A stretch of 64,000 bases of DNA from an uncultured virus (IMG/VR IMGVR_UViG_3300025922_000011) (taxonomy: Duplodnaviria > Heunggongvirae > Uroviricota > Caudoviricetes). This document shows, piece by piece, positions 26,512-36,222 of the stretch. The notes below the pieces were generated by a model. That model did no database searches, was not told the origin of the DNA, and saw only the letters and a program-made list of their open reading frames with translations. Every line of letters starts with the position of its first letter. Position 1 is the first letter of the stretch. The position numbers and the translations under genes were made by a program. The stretch is taken from the IMG/VR virus record IMGVR_UViG_3300025922_000011. One strand, written 5' to 3'.

Positions 26512-27696
26512 TCATTGAGCGGCCGAGTTTGCTTCGTCCCGGTCGGTGACCGTCTCGATGCAATCGAGCTTGTAATCGGAGAACCAGCGTTTGATGGATT
26601 CGGCCACCGCTTGCGCCAATGCAGGCGGCATGGCTTGACCCAGCATGCTCCAGCGTTCCGTTTTGGTCTTAGCCACGAAGATCCAGTCTTCGGGAAAGCC
26701 CTGCAGGATGGCGCCCGCCTTCTCGCTCAACGCAATCGCATTGGGCCCACTGCGCGCCTTCCACACGCTGTCATTGTGACCCGGCGGTTGCAGACGCTCG
26801 TCGCATGCGATGCCCGTCGCCGGTCGATCCCATGGCCACTCGAGCCGAGCGTTGCGCTTGGTACCGATGGTGCGCGTCGGCTCATCCATGCCGCTCTTGC
26901 GATCTTTCCAATTGGGACGCGCGAGCACCGCTCCGCCTTTCTGGTCGCGCGGCGTACCGGTGAGGATCGTTTGCGCGGGTTCTTCCAGTTCGCTTGGTGG
27001 ATGTTTGCCTCGGGGCTTGATGCGCAGCGGGCGGCCGATCTCTTTGGCGTCCAAGTGTTGCAGCGCATCGCGGCAGGTCACCCAGGGCTTACGCGCGTCA
27101 TTGAAGAGCGCGAGCTGCTTCAACAATTCTGGATCGCAATGCGTCGGGGGTTGCCAGCGAATGCAATCGCTCTGCTTGGGATGACCAAACCAGAACGGTC
27201 GCACGCGATGCTGCGGCACGCCGTACGATGCAGCATCGAGACGCCGGTAGTCGATGCAGTAGTTGTTACTCAACCGACCCATCGTGCGCCGCAGGACATC
27301 TGCATTGGTGGCATCATCGAGACCCGGAACGTTGCCGATGAGCCAGGTGGTGGGTCGGAGACTTTCGATGAGCTCCACCGTCGTCGTCAGCATGTCACGC
27401 GGATCATCGGTGCCCTTGCGCTTGCCTGCGCGTGACCACGGCGTGCACGGAGGATCGAAGATCCATAGATCGATTTGCCTGCTCGCTGTCATCTCGGAAG
27501 CAAGACGACGGAGGTCGCGTGCATCGATCTGGATCGGTCGATGGCCGAGATTCTTCTCGTAGCTCGCGCACGCGTTCGTGTCCCAATCGAAGGCCAGCGT
27601 CACGGGCAGGCCCGCGCGGCGAAAGCCTTCGCTCATGCCACCTGAACAACAAAAGAGTTCCCAAACATTCATCGGTTTTCTCGAGCTCAGAGTCAC
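26512..27696 (-). CDS. DNA cytosine-5 methyltransferase-like protein (atypical motifs)
   Basis: ELFCCSGG, PPC, YGVPQHRVR, LQGFP, GQAMPP. Confidence 0.88.
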   Translation of the reverse strand: MTLSSRKPMNVWELFCCSGGMSEGFRRAGLPVTLAFDWDTNACASYEKNLGHRPIQIDARDLRRLASEMTASRQIDLWIFDPPCTPWSRAGKRKGTDDPRDMLTTTVELIESLRPTTWLIGNVPGLDDATNADVLRRTMGRLSNNYCIDYRRLDAASYGVPQHRVRPFWFGHPKQSDCIRWQPPTHCDPELLKQLALFNDARKPWVTCRDALQHLDAKEIGRPLRIKPRGKHPPSELEEPAQTILTGTPRDQKGGAVLARPNWKDRKSGMDEPTRTIGTKRNARLEWPWDRPATGIACDERLQPPGHNDSVWKARSGPNAIALSEKAGAILQGFPEDWIFVAKTKTERWSMLGQAMPPALAQAVAESIKRWFSDYKLDCIETVTDRDEANSAAQ

Positions 27697-28064
27697 AGAT
27701 CCGGGTAGTGCTCACCGTCATCGGTCGACAGACCATCTTTGGTCCAATAGCCGAGCAGTCCCACCACCATGTTCTGGACCATCGCATCCGGATCGAAGTC
27801 CATGACGCGGCCGTTCATCGTCGTGGCTCTGACGGCGTAGCGTGTTGCTTCACGTATCTGCTGGGCCAGCTGATCGCGCGCTACTCCTACGCCGACGCGC
27901 ATCGGTGCGGGTGGATCGTCTGGATGCTCGGCGTAGAGCCAGTGGTCCTTCGGCAGCGCCGTCGTCATTGTCGCAAAACCACTACCGTCTGGCAGAATGA
28001 CCGCCTCATGGATCGTGCCACCAACCGCCGCGGCTATTTCTACAACGGGATGCTTGCCTACCAT
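27693..28064 (-). CDS. Hypothetical phage protein
   Basis: GTGA overlap with the methyltransferase gene; 123 aa. Confidence 0.65.
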   Translation of the reverse strand: MVGKHPVVEIAAAVGGTIHEAVILPDGSGFATMTTALPKDHWLYAEHPDDPPAPMRVGVGVARDQLAQQIREATRYAVRATTMNGRVMDFDPDAMVQNMVVGLLGYWTKDGLSTDDGEHYPDL

Positions 28065-28251
28065 CGAGTTCTCCTTTTTCGCTTGTACCGCGAATCTGCG
28101 GACGTCTCGGCTCTGTTAGCCGAGCTAACGGCTGGATCTGTCGGTGCCCGTCCTGGGCCAAAAGGGCCAGGCTCTTTCTGTTGTAGCAGCGCGCTCCGTC
28201 CCGCTTCGAACGGGCTCGGGATTATTGATTGGCAGCGTCTCAACCCGGGGG

Positions 28252-30570
28252 TCAGCTGAGCTTGCACAGCTGGCGGAGTTTACCCCAAATCGCGCGCAAA
28301 TACTTCTGTCCTTCGCGCCGGCAAAGCGGGCTCGTGCTGAAGCCGCCCCGCTGCAAGGCCCCGTTGATGCGCACGGGATCGACCATGCCGAGCAGTTGCG
28401 TCATCGTCGGCACACCGATCTGACCGATCAAATGATCTGCAACTTCGCCAGGATCCGCGTTGGCCTTGAAGGCGGTTTCGAACATTTCTCGAAACTGCAA
28501 GATCTGAGCATCGGGTACGCTCGGACCGGTGGCCGGCGGAGGTTGGATGCTCGGATTGGGCTGCTGAGCGGGCGCGCCGGGTGCCGTTGAGACGCCCAGG
28601 GGCACCGGTGGCTGCAGCGGGAGCATCGGTTGGGCCACCGTCGTTGCGGGCGCTTGGATGGCGCTCGGCGGGGTGATGGGCGGGGCTACTGGCGGCGGCT
28701 GCGGGGCGGCCGCAAAGCGCGGAACGTCGTTGCCCTCGAAGAGCGGGCTATCCTCGGTCGCAAAGCGAGGACGGAGCTGAGCGGCTTGCGCCTGGGCCGC
28801 ATGCTGCATCTGCGCCGCTTGGTCGGCTTGGAAGGCCTGCTGCTGGGCGACCGAGGGCGAGCTCCGAACGGCGCGCACCGCTTCGCCCGCGCTCTTCATG
28901 ATGTCGGGCAATTGGCTGCCGACATTCATTGCCATCTGCATCAGCATGCTCTTCCAATCACCGGGCTCCGCATCCGCGCGTCCGAGGCCAATCGCTTCGG
29001 CCGCTTCGGTGATCTCGGCTAGGCGCTTTGTGATGGGTTTATTGGCTTCGTCGCGCGCGCGATCGAGCTCGTGCTGCAGTCGGCGGTTGTCCGACTTGAG
29101 GCTCTCGATCTTCGCTTCGACCGATGCGCCCGAGGTCTCGAGCTTCATCGTCCACGCCGTGTCCTTGGCGCGGAGCTCCGCTTCATGCTGCCGCTGGATG
29201 TCGGCGATGCGTTCGGTGTGCCGCGTCGTCATGTCGGCGATGCGTCGGTCGGCATCGCGCTTGGCTTCTTCGACATCCTTGCCAGCACGCGCTTCAACGG
29301 CGGTGATGCGTTCTTTGGTTTGAGTATCGAGCGCCGTCACGCGATCCTTGTGCTGCTCTTCGAGCCGGTGAATGGTCTCGCTCGCGCGGGTCTCGGCATC
29401 CTTGATCCGAATAGCAGCGTTGTCGGTCGCATCCTTGATGCGCTCATCGGCCCGACGCCGCTCTTCGTTCATCAACGTTTGCAGCTCGGGGCCGTTGTCT
29501 TTCTTGGTGGCCATCTGCGCGACGAGCGGCGCCATCATGCTGTTCATCATGGTGCCCATCGAGTTGACCATCGCGGCGGCCTTGTCCGCGTCGTCCTTCT
29601 TATTGCCGTTGGCCGTCAGCTCGAGCAGCTTGTCGCGCATCTCGCGCATCTCGCGTTGCTGCGATTGCAAGATCTCTTGGTAGCGGTCGGCCGTGCGATC
29701 GATGGCGATGACGGCCGCGTTCTGCTCTTCGCGAGATTTGCGCTCCACCTCGGCCACTTCGCGTTTGCGCTTCTGCTCCTCGCGCTCGGCTCGGTTGTCT
29801 TCGTACGTTCGTGCTTCTCGTTCGTGGGCCAAATTAGCCTCGTGTACTCTGGCGTCCGCATTGGATGCTTGGCCTAGGCGACGCGCACCTTTCGATGCGC
29901 TGCGTTCTTCGTCTTCGTCTTCAGAGCTAGCCGCAATGCCAGCCAACAGGTTCGGTGCTGGAGGGATCGGGATGTCGATGCGCATGACCGCGCCCCATGG
30001 TTTATAGATCTCGCGTCCCGAATCATCGACCGAGCTCGGCTTCTTGCGATAGATGCGTAAATCGTAACGCCCTCCGCCGTAGATCTTTCCGAATTCCGCA
30101 TGCGTCATCATGCGTGTGATCGGTTTCATTGCCCCAAGGCAGAAGCGGCCATTGACGCTCTCGGGCCGCTTGCGATCGACCGCAATGTAGCCTTCACTGA
30201 AATCGCCGAGGAGCGCGCAGAGTTCTTCGACTCGTTGCGGCTCGGGTTGGCGCACAGGCGGCGGCTCGGCAGCGGGCGGCGTGTTGTACGTGTTCTCAGG
30301 TTCTATGTCGGGATGACGCGCCAAAACGCTGTCGATGTTCGGATCCCTTTGACCTAATTGTTCTTCGGGCGGCGGATCGGTGGGCTTGTCGCTGGCTTCG
30401 GGATCCGCCGCTGGTTGCCCTAGCGGACGCACGATGCGGCGACGTCGAGCGGACGCGGCACGCATTTCCGCCGGCGTCGTGTGCACCATGCCCGGCTCTT
30501 CACTCGGCTCATCGGCAATCGCCGCTGAGCCGTTGGAGGCGCCGTTTTTCTTGTGGTCGTCGTCGCTCAC
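28252..30570 (-). CDS. Large coiled-coil protein
   Basis: 772 aa; long heptad region, Pro-rich linker, C-terminal helical domain. Confidence 0.8.
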   Translation of the reverse strand: MSDDDHKKNGASNGSAAIADEPSEEPGMVHTTPAEMRAASARRRRIVRPLGQPAADPEASDKPTDPPPEEQLGQRDPNIDSVLARHPDIEPENTYNTPPAAEPPPVRQPEPQRVEELCALLGDFSEGYIAVDRKRPESVNGRFCLGAMKPITRMMTHAEFGKIYGGGRYDLRIYRKKPSSVDDSGREIYKPWGAVMRIDIPIPPAPNLLAGIAASSEDEDEERSASKGARRLGQASNADARVHEANLAHEREARTYEDNRAEREEQKRKREVAEVERKSREEQNAAVIAIDRTADRYQEILQSQQREMREMRDKLLELTANGNKKDDADKAAAMVNSMGTMMNSMMAPLVAQMATKKDNGPELQTLMNEERRRADERIKDATDNAAIRIKDAETRASETIHRLEEQHKDRVTALDTQTKERITAVEARAGKDVEEAKRDADRRIADMTTRHTERIADIQRQHEAELRAKDTAWTMKLETSGASVEAKIESLKSDNRRLQHELDRARDEANKPITKRLAEITEAAEAIGLGRADAEPGDWKSMLMQMAMNVGSQLPDIMKSAGEAVRAVRSSPSVAQQQAFQADQAAQMQHAAQAQAAQLRPRFATEDSPLFEGNDVPRFAAAPQPPPVAPPITPPSAIQAPATTVAQPMLPLQPPVPLGVSTAPGAPAQQPNPSIQPPPATGPSVPDAQILQFREMFETAFKANADPGEVADHLIGQIGVPTMTQLLGMVDPVRINGALQRGGFSTSPLCRREGQKYLRAIWGKLRQLCKLS

Positions 30571-31064
30571 GCTTGTCCGATAGCCTCAGGTGTTGCTTCT
30601 TCTTCGTCGTCGTCCGATTCCAAAGTGATATCGGTGATGAGTGTCAGGGCGTTGCGGATGTCGTTCAGCTTACCGCTGAGCTTTTCGCGCTTTTCGTTGT
30701 CCACTTCACCCCGGTGCATCATCTCGATGAAGTCGCGGTACTCATTGATGAGACCGCTCAGTAGCTCGGCGTCTTCAGGGATGAGACCGCTGCCGCTCTC
30801 TTCATCGTCGTCGCCCTCGGCGTCGTCTTCGTCGTCGTCCTCATCGGGTGGCGCGCAGGCTTCGCACAGCCGCTCGCTGAAATCCGTCATCAGCGGCATC
30901 AGCGTCTCGGTCAGCTCAAGCACGAGCGTGTTGTGGTCGAGTGTGCCCGACTCGGCCAGCTGCTTGATGCGCTTGGTGTTCTCGCGCCACTCTTCGTTCA
31001 ATTCCTGCAGTGCGGCGTACAGTGCTTCGTCGGGGTCTTCAACCATCTGATTCGTTTGAGGCAT
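30567..31064 (-). CDS. Highly acidic protein
   Basis: Start MPQTNQ; D/E runs. Confidence 0.7.
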   Translation of the reverse strand: MPQTNQMVEDPDEALYAALQELNEEWRENTKRIKQLAESGTLDHNTLVLELTETLMPLMTDFSERLCEACAPPDEDDDEDDAEGDDDEESGSGLIPEDAELLSGLINEYRDFIEMMHRGEVDNEKREKLSGKLNDIRNALTLITDITLESDDDEEEATPEAIGQA

Positions 31065-31105
31065 GCTTCGCTTCTCTTTCGCTTCGTTTACGCTTGCTTT
31101 TCGCT

Positions 31106-31822
31106 TCAACCAAAAATCCCGCCGCCGTTGTTCGGCTCTTCGAGCCCCGCGGTGCGCTCCTTGTCGAGGGCCGCGTGCACGTCGAAGGGTTTCTTGACGC
31201 GTTCTTCGGCCAGGGCCACGAGCTTGGCGTCGAAGGCATCGAGCACCGCTTCGCTCTGGGCATCCCGCGGGCTTCGTAGCTCGCAGGCGAACATCTGCGC
31301 GTCGCGGAGCGACACGTATTCCCCTGTCTCCGTCCGCTGCGCCGTGCACAGGCGCAAGGCCATGCGGTGGCGAGGGTTGTCGGGCATGTCGATCATCTGC
31401 CGCGCGTAGTGCTGGCAGGCCGGCCGGATGGGCTCTATTCGTCCGCCGCGAGCCAAAGCAGAGAGGATTGCGCCGCCATCACCAAAGGTCGCCTCAAGCG
31501 GCGCGAAGGTTCCACGTGCAACTTCTTTGACCTGCCCGGGCTCGAGATAGCCCACGATGGCGCCATCGACGGCGCGCACGACGAATTGGCTGCGATCCTC
31601 CATGCAGACGAAGGTTCTCGGGGATAAGCCCGGCACATAGCTGTCCTCCTGCGAGACAGCGGACAGCGGACGGGGCAGGCCGTCCTGCGGGTCCATGCCG
31701 GCGGCAAATGGCTGCTCTCGGTGCTGGTGAAATTCACCCGCACCCGGGTGCTCGTGGTCGAAGTAGTCCGTTCGTTCGAGCCCAGCGGGCGTCGTGAATG
31801 TCGGCAGGTCTTCGTCGCTCAT
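31106..31822 (-). CDS. Hypothetical protein
   Basis: 238 aa with spaced Cys/His residues. Confidence 0.7.
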   Translation of the reverse strand: MSDEDLPTFTTPAGLERTDYFDHEHPGAGEFHQHREQPFAAGMDPQDGLPRPLSAVSQEDSYVPGLSPRTFVCMEDRSQFVVRAVDGAIVGYLEPGQVKEVARGTFAPLEATFGDGGAILSALARGGRIEPIRPACQHYARQMIDMPDNPRHRMALRLCTAQRTETGEYVSLRDAQMFACELRSPRDAQSEAVLDAFDAKLVALAEERVKKPFDVHAALDKERTAGLEEPNNGGGIFG

Positions 31823-31825
31823 GGG

Positions 31826-32311
31826 TTACTGTGTCTTGGGAAGTGGGGCTGGGTGGTTGTCCGCGAATTCACTCACGATTTTGAGCAGGGTCGGGCCGAG
31901 ATCGACCTTTTTGCCATCACGGCGCAGTTCGGTCACTAGCCGCTGGACTTCCCGCATCAACAGCGCCTGGGCCGCCGAATGCTGCGCGCTTTGCTCATGG
32001 TAGTGCTTGTTCCACCAATCGCGCTCGGCCAGGATCCCGCTGATCCGCTCGCCCAACTGCTCGGCCCGCCGCTTCCACTCGTCGCGGTCGATGCTCACCT
32101 GCGTGAGCGATTCACGCTCGTTGTGATGCACTTCGCCGATGATCTTGACCTGCTCGCTGACCGCCGCGCTCTGCCGCTCGAAGATCGAGACCATCTCGGT
32201 CACTCGGTGGACGAGGTTCCGGTTACGGGCGAGTAGCAGTCCGCTCGTTAGTAGCGAAATTGCTAGTAATGTCGCTAGGATAACTAACATTGTCTCAAAG
32301 TATTCTGTCAA
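31826..32311 (-). CDS. N-terminal TM plus coiled-coil protein
   Basis: Hydrophobic N-terminus then heptads. Confidence 0.65.
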   Translation of the reverse strand: MTEYFETMLVILATLLAISLLTSGLLLARNRNLVHRVTEMVSIFERQSAAVSEQVKIIGEVHHNERESLTQVSIDRDEWKRRAEQLGERISGILAERDWWNKHYHEQSAQHSAAQALLMREVQRLVTELRRDGKKVDLGPTLLKIVSEFADNHPAPLPKTQ

Positions 32312-33101
32312 CTATCCGATCGAGATCATCGAGCGAGCTGTAGTCGATCAGGACTTGACCCTTCGTCTCGTCTTTTTTCTTGACTTTCAGCTGAACCTTG
32401 CAGCCGAGTGACCGCTGCAGGCGATTCTCGAGGTCGCGGGCTGAGACGGACCGAGCGACTGGTGTTGGTTTTCCCTTAAGGATTAAGCTGCGCAGCGCCA
32501 TCGCTGACAGCTTTTTAGCCTTCGCAATGGCTGCAAATCGTTGCTGATCCGCGTGCGGCAAATCCTTCAGAACATACGCACAAATATAGCTAAATTCACC
32601 CGTGCGAACCATTAGACGGACGCTGGGTTCCAGCTTCAACAGTCCTAGATGCTGAAAGATGTAGCCGTCTGTTTTTCCGATGGAGCGCGCGACTTCGGCA
32701 CCGGTGATGCCTGTCGAATCCATCGTCTCTCGAATGCTTTCGGCGATTGAGATTGGGTCGAGATCCGAGCGCTGAATGTTCTCCACCAGACTCACGAGCG
32801 CTTCGGTCTTGCCTTGTCGCTCGCGCACGACCGCATCGATCTCAAGCAAGCCTACTCGCTGAGCCGCGCGCCAACGCCGTTCGCCCGCAATGAGCTTGTA
32901 GCGCCCATTGGCCTTCGCGCGTACGACAATCGGCTCGATCACGCCGAGTTCGGCGATGCTTGCGGCAAGCGCGGCCATCTCCTCCTCATCGAAGTACTTG
33001 CGCGGCTGCTTCGGATCGCGATCGATGAGCTCAATCGGAAGCGCGATCAATCGATCGGCTGGTCTCTCGCCCGGCACGTTGGCAGGAGTTTCGTCTTTCA
33101 T
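32295..33101 (-). CDS. parB: ParB/Spo0J partition protein
   Basis: QPRKYF, IAGERRWRAA, LVENIQRSDL, HTH, C-terminal dimerisation domain. Confidence 0.95.
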   Translation of the reverse strand: MKDETPANVPGERPADRLIALPIELIDRDPKQPRKYFDEEEMAALAASIAELGVIEPIVVRAKANGRYKLIAGERRWRAAQRVGLLEIDAVVRERQGKTEALVSLVENIQRSDLDPISIAESIRETMDSTGITGAEVARSIGKTDGYIFQHLGLLKLEPSVRLMVRTGEFSYICAYVLKDLPHADQQRFAAIAKAKKLSAMALRSLILKGKPTPVARSVSARDLENRLQRSLGCKVQLKVKKKDETKGQVLIDYSSLDDLDRIVDRIL

Positions 33102-33655
33102 GCGACACAATGCAAGGGCAGAGAGTAGCGGTGGGCGGCGATTGAGGCAGCGACCAGGGCCGCACCCGCAGCGAGCATCACGCGCCGATCGCTCGAACCT
33201 ATTGGCACGTAGAGCCGTCGCTGCACCGCGGTCAGTAGCTTTTCCCCCTGAAATACGCGATTTATCTTCTCTTTCGTCACGTCGCAGACGGGCAAGTCGA
33301 ACAGGGCCGCCATCGAACGGACGGCCATGCGTGCGCCCGCCACATGTGGAGCGGGCTCTTTACTGCGAGCCGCCGGCGCCAAGGCGATCAGGCACGGGGT
33401 GTGTCGCTCAACGATCACTTCGATGACCAGCCGATGCACCTTGAAGCGCTTGGCCAGTTCGCTGATGTTGCTCAAGAGCTCGAGTGCCGGGATGCCGAGC
33501 TTTGCGAGCTGGCTCGGGCGCGTACCTATGAGCACATCGTAGTCCAACACCTGGGGCGCATTATTGGCGCTAAATGCAAGCACAGCGAAGCTCGCGGAGG
33601 TCAACCCCGGAGCAACGCCCAGCACCACGGTCGGGCTGATCGCTCGTGCACGCAT
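33098..33655 (-). CDS. RuvC-like protein lacking catalytic acidic residues
   Basis: VLGVAPGL (cf. GIDPG), IVERHTPCLIALA; overall RuvC layout. Confidence 0.55.
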   Translation of the reverse strand: MRARAISPTVVLGVAPGLTSASFAVLAFSANNAPQVLDYDVLIGTRPSQLAKLGIPALELLSNISELAKRFKVHRLVIEVIVERHTPCLIALAPAARSKEPAPHVAGARMAVRSMAALFDLPVCDVTKEKINRVFQGEKLLTAVQRRLYVPIGSSDRRVMLAAGAALVAASIAAHRYSLPLHCVA

Positions 33656-33721
33656 GCGTTGTTGTAGTTGGATCGAGGCTACTCAACGCACAAGCCGAGT
33701 TCGATTGTCAAAAACTTTGAT

Positions 33722-34150
33722 CTACGTGACCCGACTCGGCGACGAATCGGTGGGGTTGTCCATCGCGTATTCGGAGCGATCTCCGTACCCGTCGCGATTC
33801 TTTGCCTTCACGCTCCAAACGTTGTCGCCGAACAGATCCTTGAGGGCAAAGGCGACCCGCTGCGCTGCGGGCCAGCCGAACCAGCCGTAATCCCACCAAG
33901 GGGCAGTCGCACTGGTCGAGCGGCCGACGACGATGATCCGGTACCACGTCGGGCTCCACCAGTTGGTGGTGACCACGTAGTTCGAGCCGTAGACGTAGTA
34001 CCACTCGCGATCGCCCGAATTGTTGATGTAGGGGCGGTACGCGTTCAGGGCACGCACCACTTGCGACGCCCGGTTCGCATCGGGCACATAACCCACGAAA
34101 CGCCAGCCTTCGGTGCGCATCCAGCCCCAAACTGCCGAGTAGTTCGCCAT
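33722..34150 (-). CDS. Trp/Tyr-rich hypothetical protein
   Basis: 142 aa ORF with coding-like codon use. Confidence 0.6.
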   Translation of the reverse strand: MANYSAVWGWMRTEGWRFVGYVPDANRASQVVRALNAYRPYINNSGDREWYYVYGSNYVVTTNWWSPTWYRIIVVGRSTSATAPWWDYGWFGWPAAQRVAFALKDLFGDNVWSVKAKNRDGYGDRSEYAMDNPTDSSPSRVT

Positions 34151-34197
34151 TTCGATGGGCCCGAGTGTCGCAGAGCGATGGCCCGAGGGGCAAAAAG

Positions 34198-34488
34198 TCA
34201 GCTCTGGCCGCCCGGCGACAGCGCTTGGCCCTTGGGCAGCATCAGGAAATGGATCCGCTCGTCAATCACCGCCTCGATGTCGGCGACCGCTGCCTCCCAG
34301 CCCGATTCGCAAATCATCGCCTTGAGCTTACGGCGCGCGATCTCTAAGACGGCGTAGGCTTCCAGTGGACCGTTCGTTGCGTCTTTGAGTGCCACCAGTG
34401 TTTCCTCAGCGGTTGGGATCGAGCGCTCCAATAGATCGTTGATCGAGCGAGCGACCGCTTCTTCTAAGATTTCATCTTGCTTCGCCAT
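34198..34488 (-). CDS. Hypothetical protein
   Basis: 96 aa downstream of dnaB. Confidence 0.6.
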   Translation of the reverse strand: MAKQDEILEEAVARSINDLLERSIPTAEETLVALKDATNGPLEAYAVLEIARRKLKAMICESGWEAAVADIEAVIDERIHFLMLPKGQALSPGGQS

Positions 34489-34508
34489 CCGCGATCGCCG
34501 CCTTTCAC

Positions 34509-35954
34509 TCAGTGATAGTCGTTGTCAAATTCGTTGAAATCGTATTCGGCACTGGCGCGATTGGCGAAGCGCATGTGCTCGGCAACGAAGGTCATCTTCT
34601 GCATGCCAGGAGCACCGTTACGCTGCTTGGCAACGATCACTTCGCATAGGCCCTGGATTGTCGAATCGACATCCTCGCCTTTGCGCACGTAGTACTCGGG
34701 CCTGTACAGGAGCAGGATGTCATCGGCGTCCGCTTCCACACTGCCCGATTCCCTCAGGTGATGGAGCTGCGGTCGCTTGTCTGCGCCCTTCTCGACTTCG
34801 CGGTTCAACTGAGCCATCGCGGTGATCGGAACATTGAGCTGCTTGGCACTCTCTTTCAACTCACGGCTGATGCTCGAGACATCCACCTCGCGGCTGCCAC
34901 TCGGTCGTGCGGGCTTCATCAGCTGCAGATAGTCGACGTACACCGCACCCACGCGCTTTTTCGTCACATTGAGGTAGCGATCGTTATTGATCTCCGACTT
35001 CCAGCGCTTGACGCGCGCACGCAGTTCGAACGTGGTCAGAGCGGTGTTGTCGTCGATGAAGATCGGCAGCTCTTTCAGGCGCGCCAGGGCTTCGGTGTAA
35101 TGCGGCCATTGCTCGTCCGTGATCCGTCCCGCTCGTAGATCGCTGACCGTGAACTGACTGTCCATGCTGACTAGGCGCATGCCGAGCTGGATGGCGGGCA
35201 TCTCGAGCGAGAACATCGCCACGGCGTAGCCCTTCTTTGCGATGTTGTATGCTTCGCTCAATGCCCAGGCGCTTTTGCCCATTCCTGGGCGAGCCGCGAC
35301 GATGCGTAGATTCGAATCGTGCAAGCCGCCCGTGTACGTGTCGACGTCGAAGCCCGTCGGGATGCCGATCACATGGCTCTCGCTGTTCTTGGCAGCGACA
35401 ACCTGCGTGTTCACCTCCGAGAGCACCTCACTCACTGGGCGCAGGTACTTGGGCGCGTCGAGCTGACTGAGATCAGACAGCCGTACTTGCAGATCGTCGA
35501 ACAGCGTCTGCACGGCGCCCGGCTTGTCAATCTCGGTCAGCATGCCGGGCACGGCACGCACCAGGTGAAGTAACTGACGTAGCCGGCTCTTGTCTTTGAC
35601 GATCTGAGCGTGATCGAGGACGTGAAAGTAGTAGGGCGTCGCGTCGATCAGAACCGATAGATACGTTGTGCCACCGACTCGCTGCAGGTGCCCGTTTGCG
35701 CGTAGCCTGCTCGCCACCGTGACGATGTCCCACGGCTTGCCTTCATCTTGCAGATCGCACAGCGTCTGAAAGATGATGCGGTTTGAGTCGGAGTAGTAGT
35801 CTGCGGGTTGCAGAATGCTGCGACTGAGATCGAGCGCGCGTCCGTCGTGCTCCATAAAGCAAGCACTGAGCACCGCTCCTTCTGCGTCGAGATTCAGCGG
35901 CGGCGGTACTTCGGGCGGCAGCCACGCGAATGGATAAGTCTCTTCTGCGTACAT
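34509..35954 (-). CDS. dnaB: Replicative DNA helicase
   Basis: AARPGMGKS, FSLEM, VDYLQLM, AQLNR, LRESGSVEADAD, KQRNG. Confidence 0.97.
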   Translation of the reverse strand: MYAEETYPFAWLPPEVPPPLNLDAEGAVLSACFMEHDGRALDLSRSILQPADYYSDSNRIIFQTLCDLQDEGKPWDIVTVASRLRANGHLQRVGGTTYLSVLIDATPYYFHVLDHAQIVKDKSRLRQLLHLVRAVPGMLTEIDKPGAVQTLFDDLQVRLSDLSQLDAPKYLRPVSEVLSEVNTQVVAAKNSESHVIGIPTGFDVDTYTGGLHDSNLRIVAARPGMGKSAWALSEAYNIAKKGYAVAMFSLEMPAIQLGMRLVSMDSQFTVSDLRAGRITDEQWPHYTEALARLKELPIFIDDNTALTTFELRARVKRWKSEINNDRYLNVTKKRVGAVYVDYLQLMKPARPSGSREVDVSSISRELKESAKQLNVPITAMAQLNREVEKGADKRPQLHHLRESGSVEADADDILLLYRPEYYVRKGEDVDSTIQGLCEVIVAKQRNGAPGMQKMTFVAEHMRFANRASAEYDFNEFDNDYH

Positions 35955-35973
35955 TTAGGGCTCCCCTCACCGT

Positions 35974-36222
35974 TTAGAGATCGTAGTGCTTTGGATCCAG
36001 CGCTTCTCTAATTAAATGCTCTACCTGTGGGTAGCCTTCGCGCAGTGTATCGGGCAACGCGAGCCATTCTTCGATGGACCGGTCACCGTAGGCGCGTATC
36101 ATGCTGCCCGCGATCTCTTCGTCGTTCGGACTGTGATCGGGCGCGTCAGGATTTCCGTGTTGCAACGCGATGATGGTGCGGTATTCCACGTCGGCCGCGA
36201 GCAGTTCGGATTTGGTCTTCAT
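35974..36222 (-). CDS. Hypothetical protein
   Basis: 82 aa between loader and helicase, ATGA overlap. Confidence 0.6.
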   Translation of the reverse strand: MKTKSELLAADVEYRTIIALQHGNPDAPDHSPNDEEIAGSMIRAYGDRSIEEWLALPDTLREGYPQVEHLIREALDPKHYDL

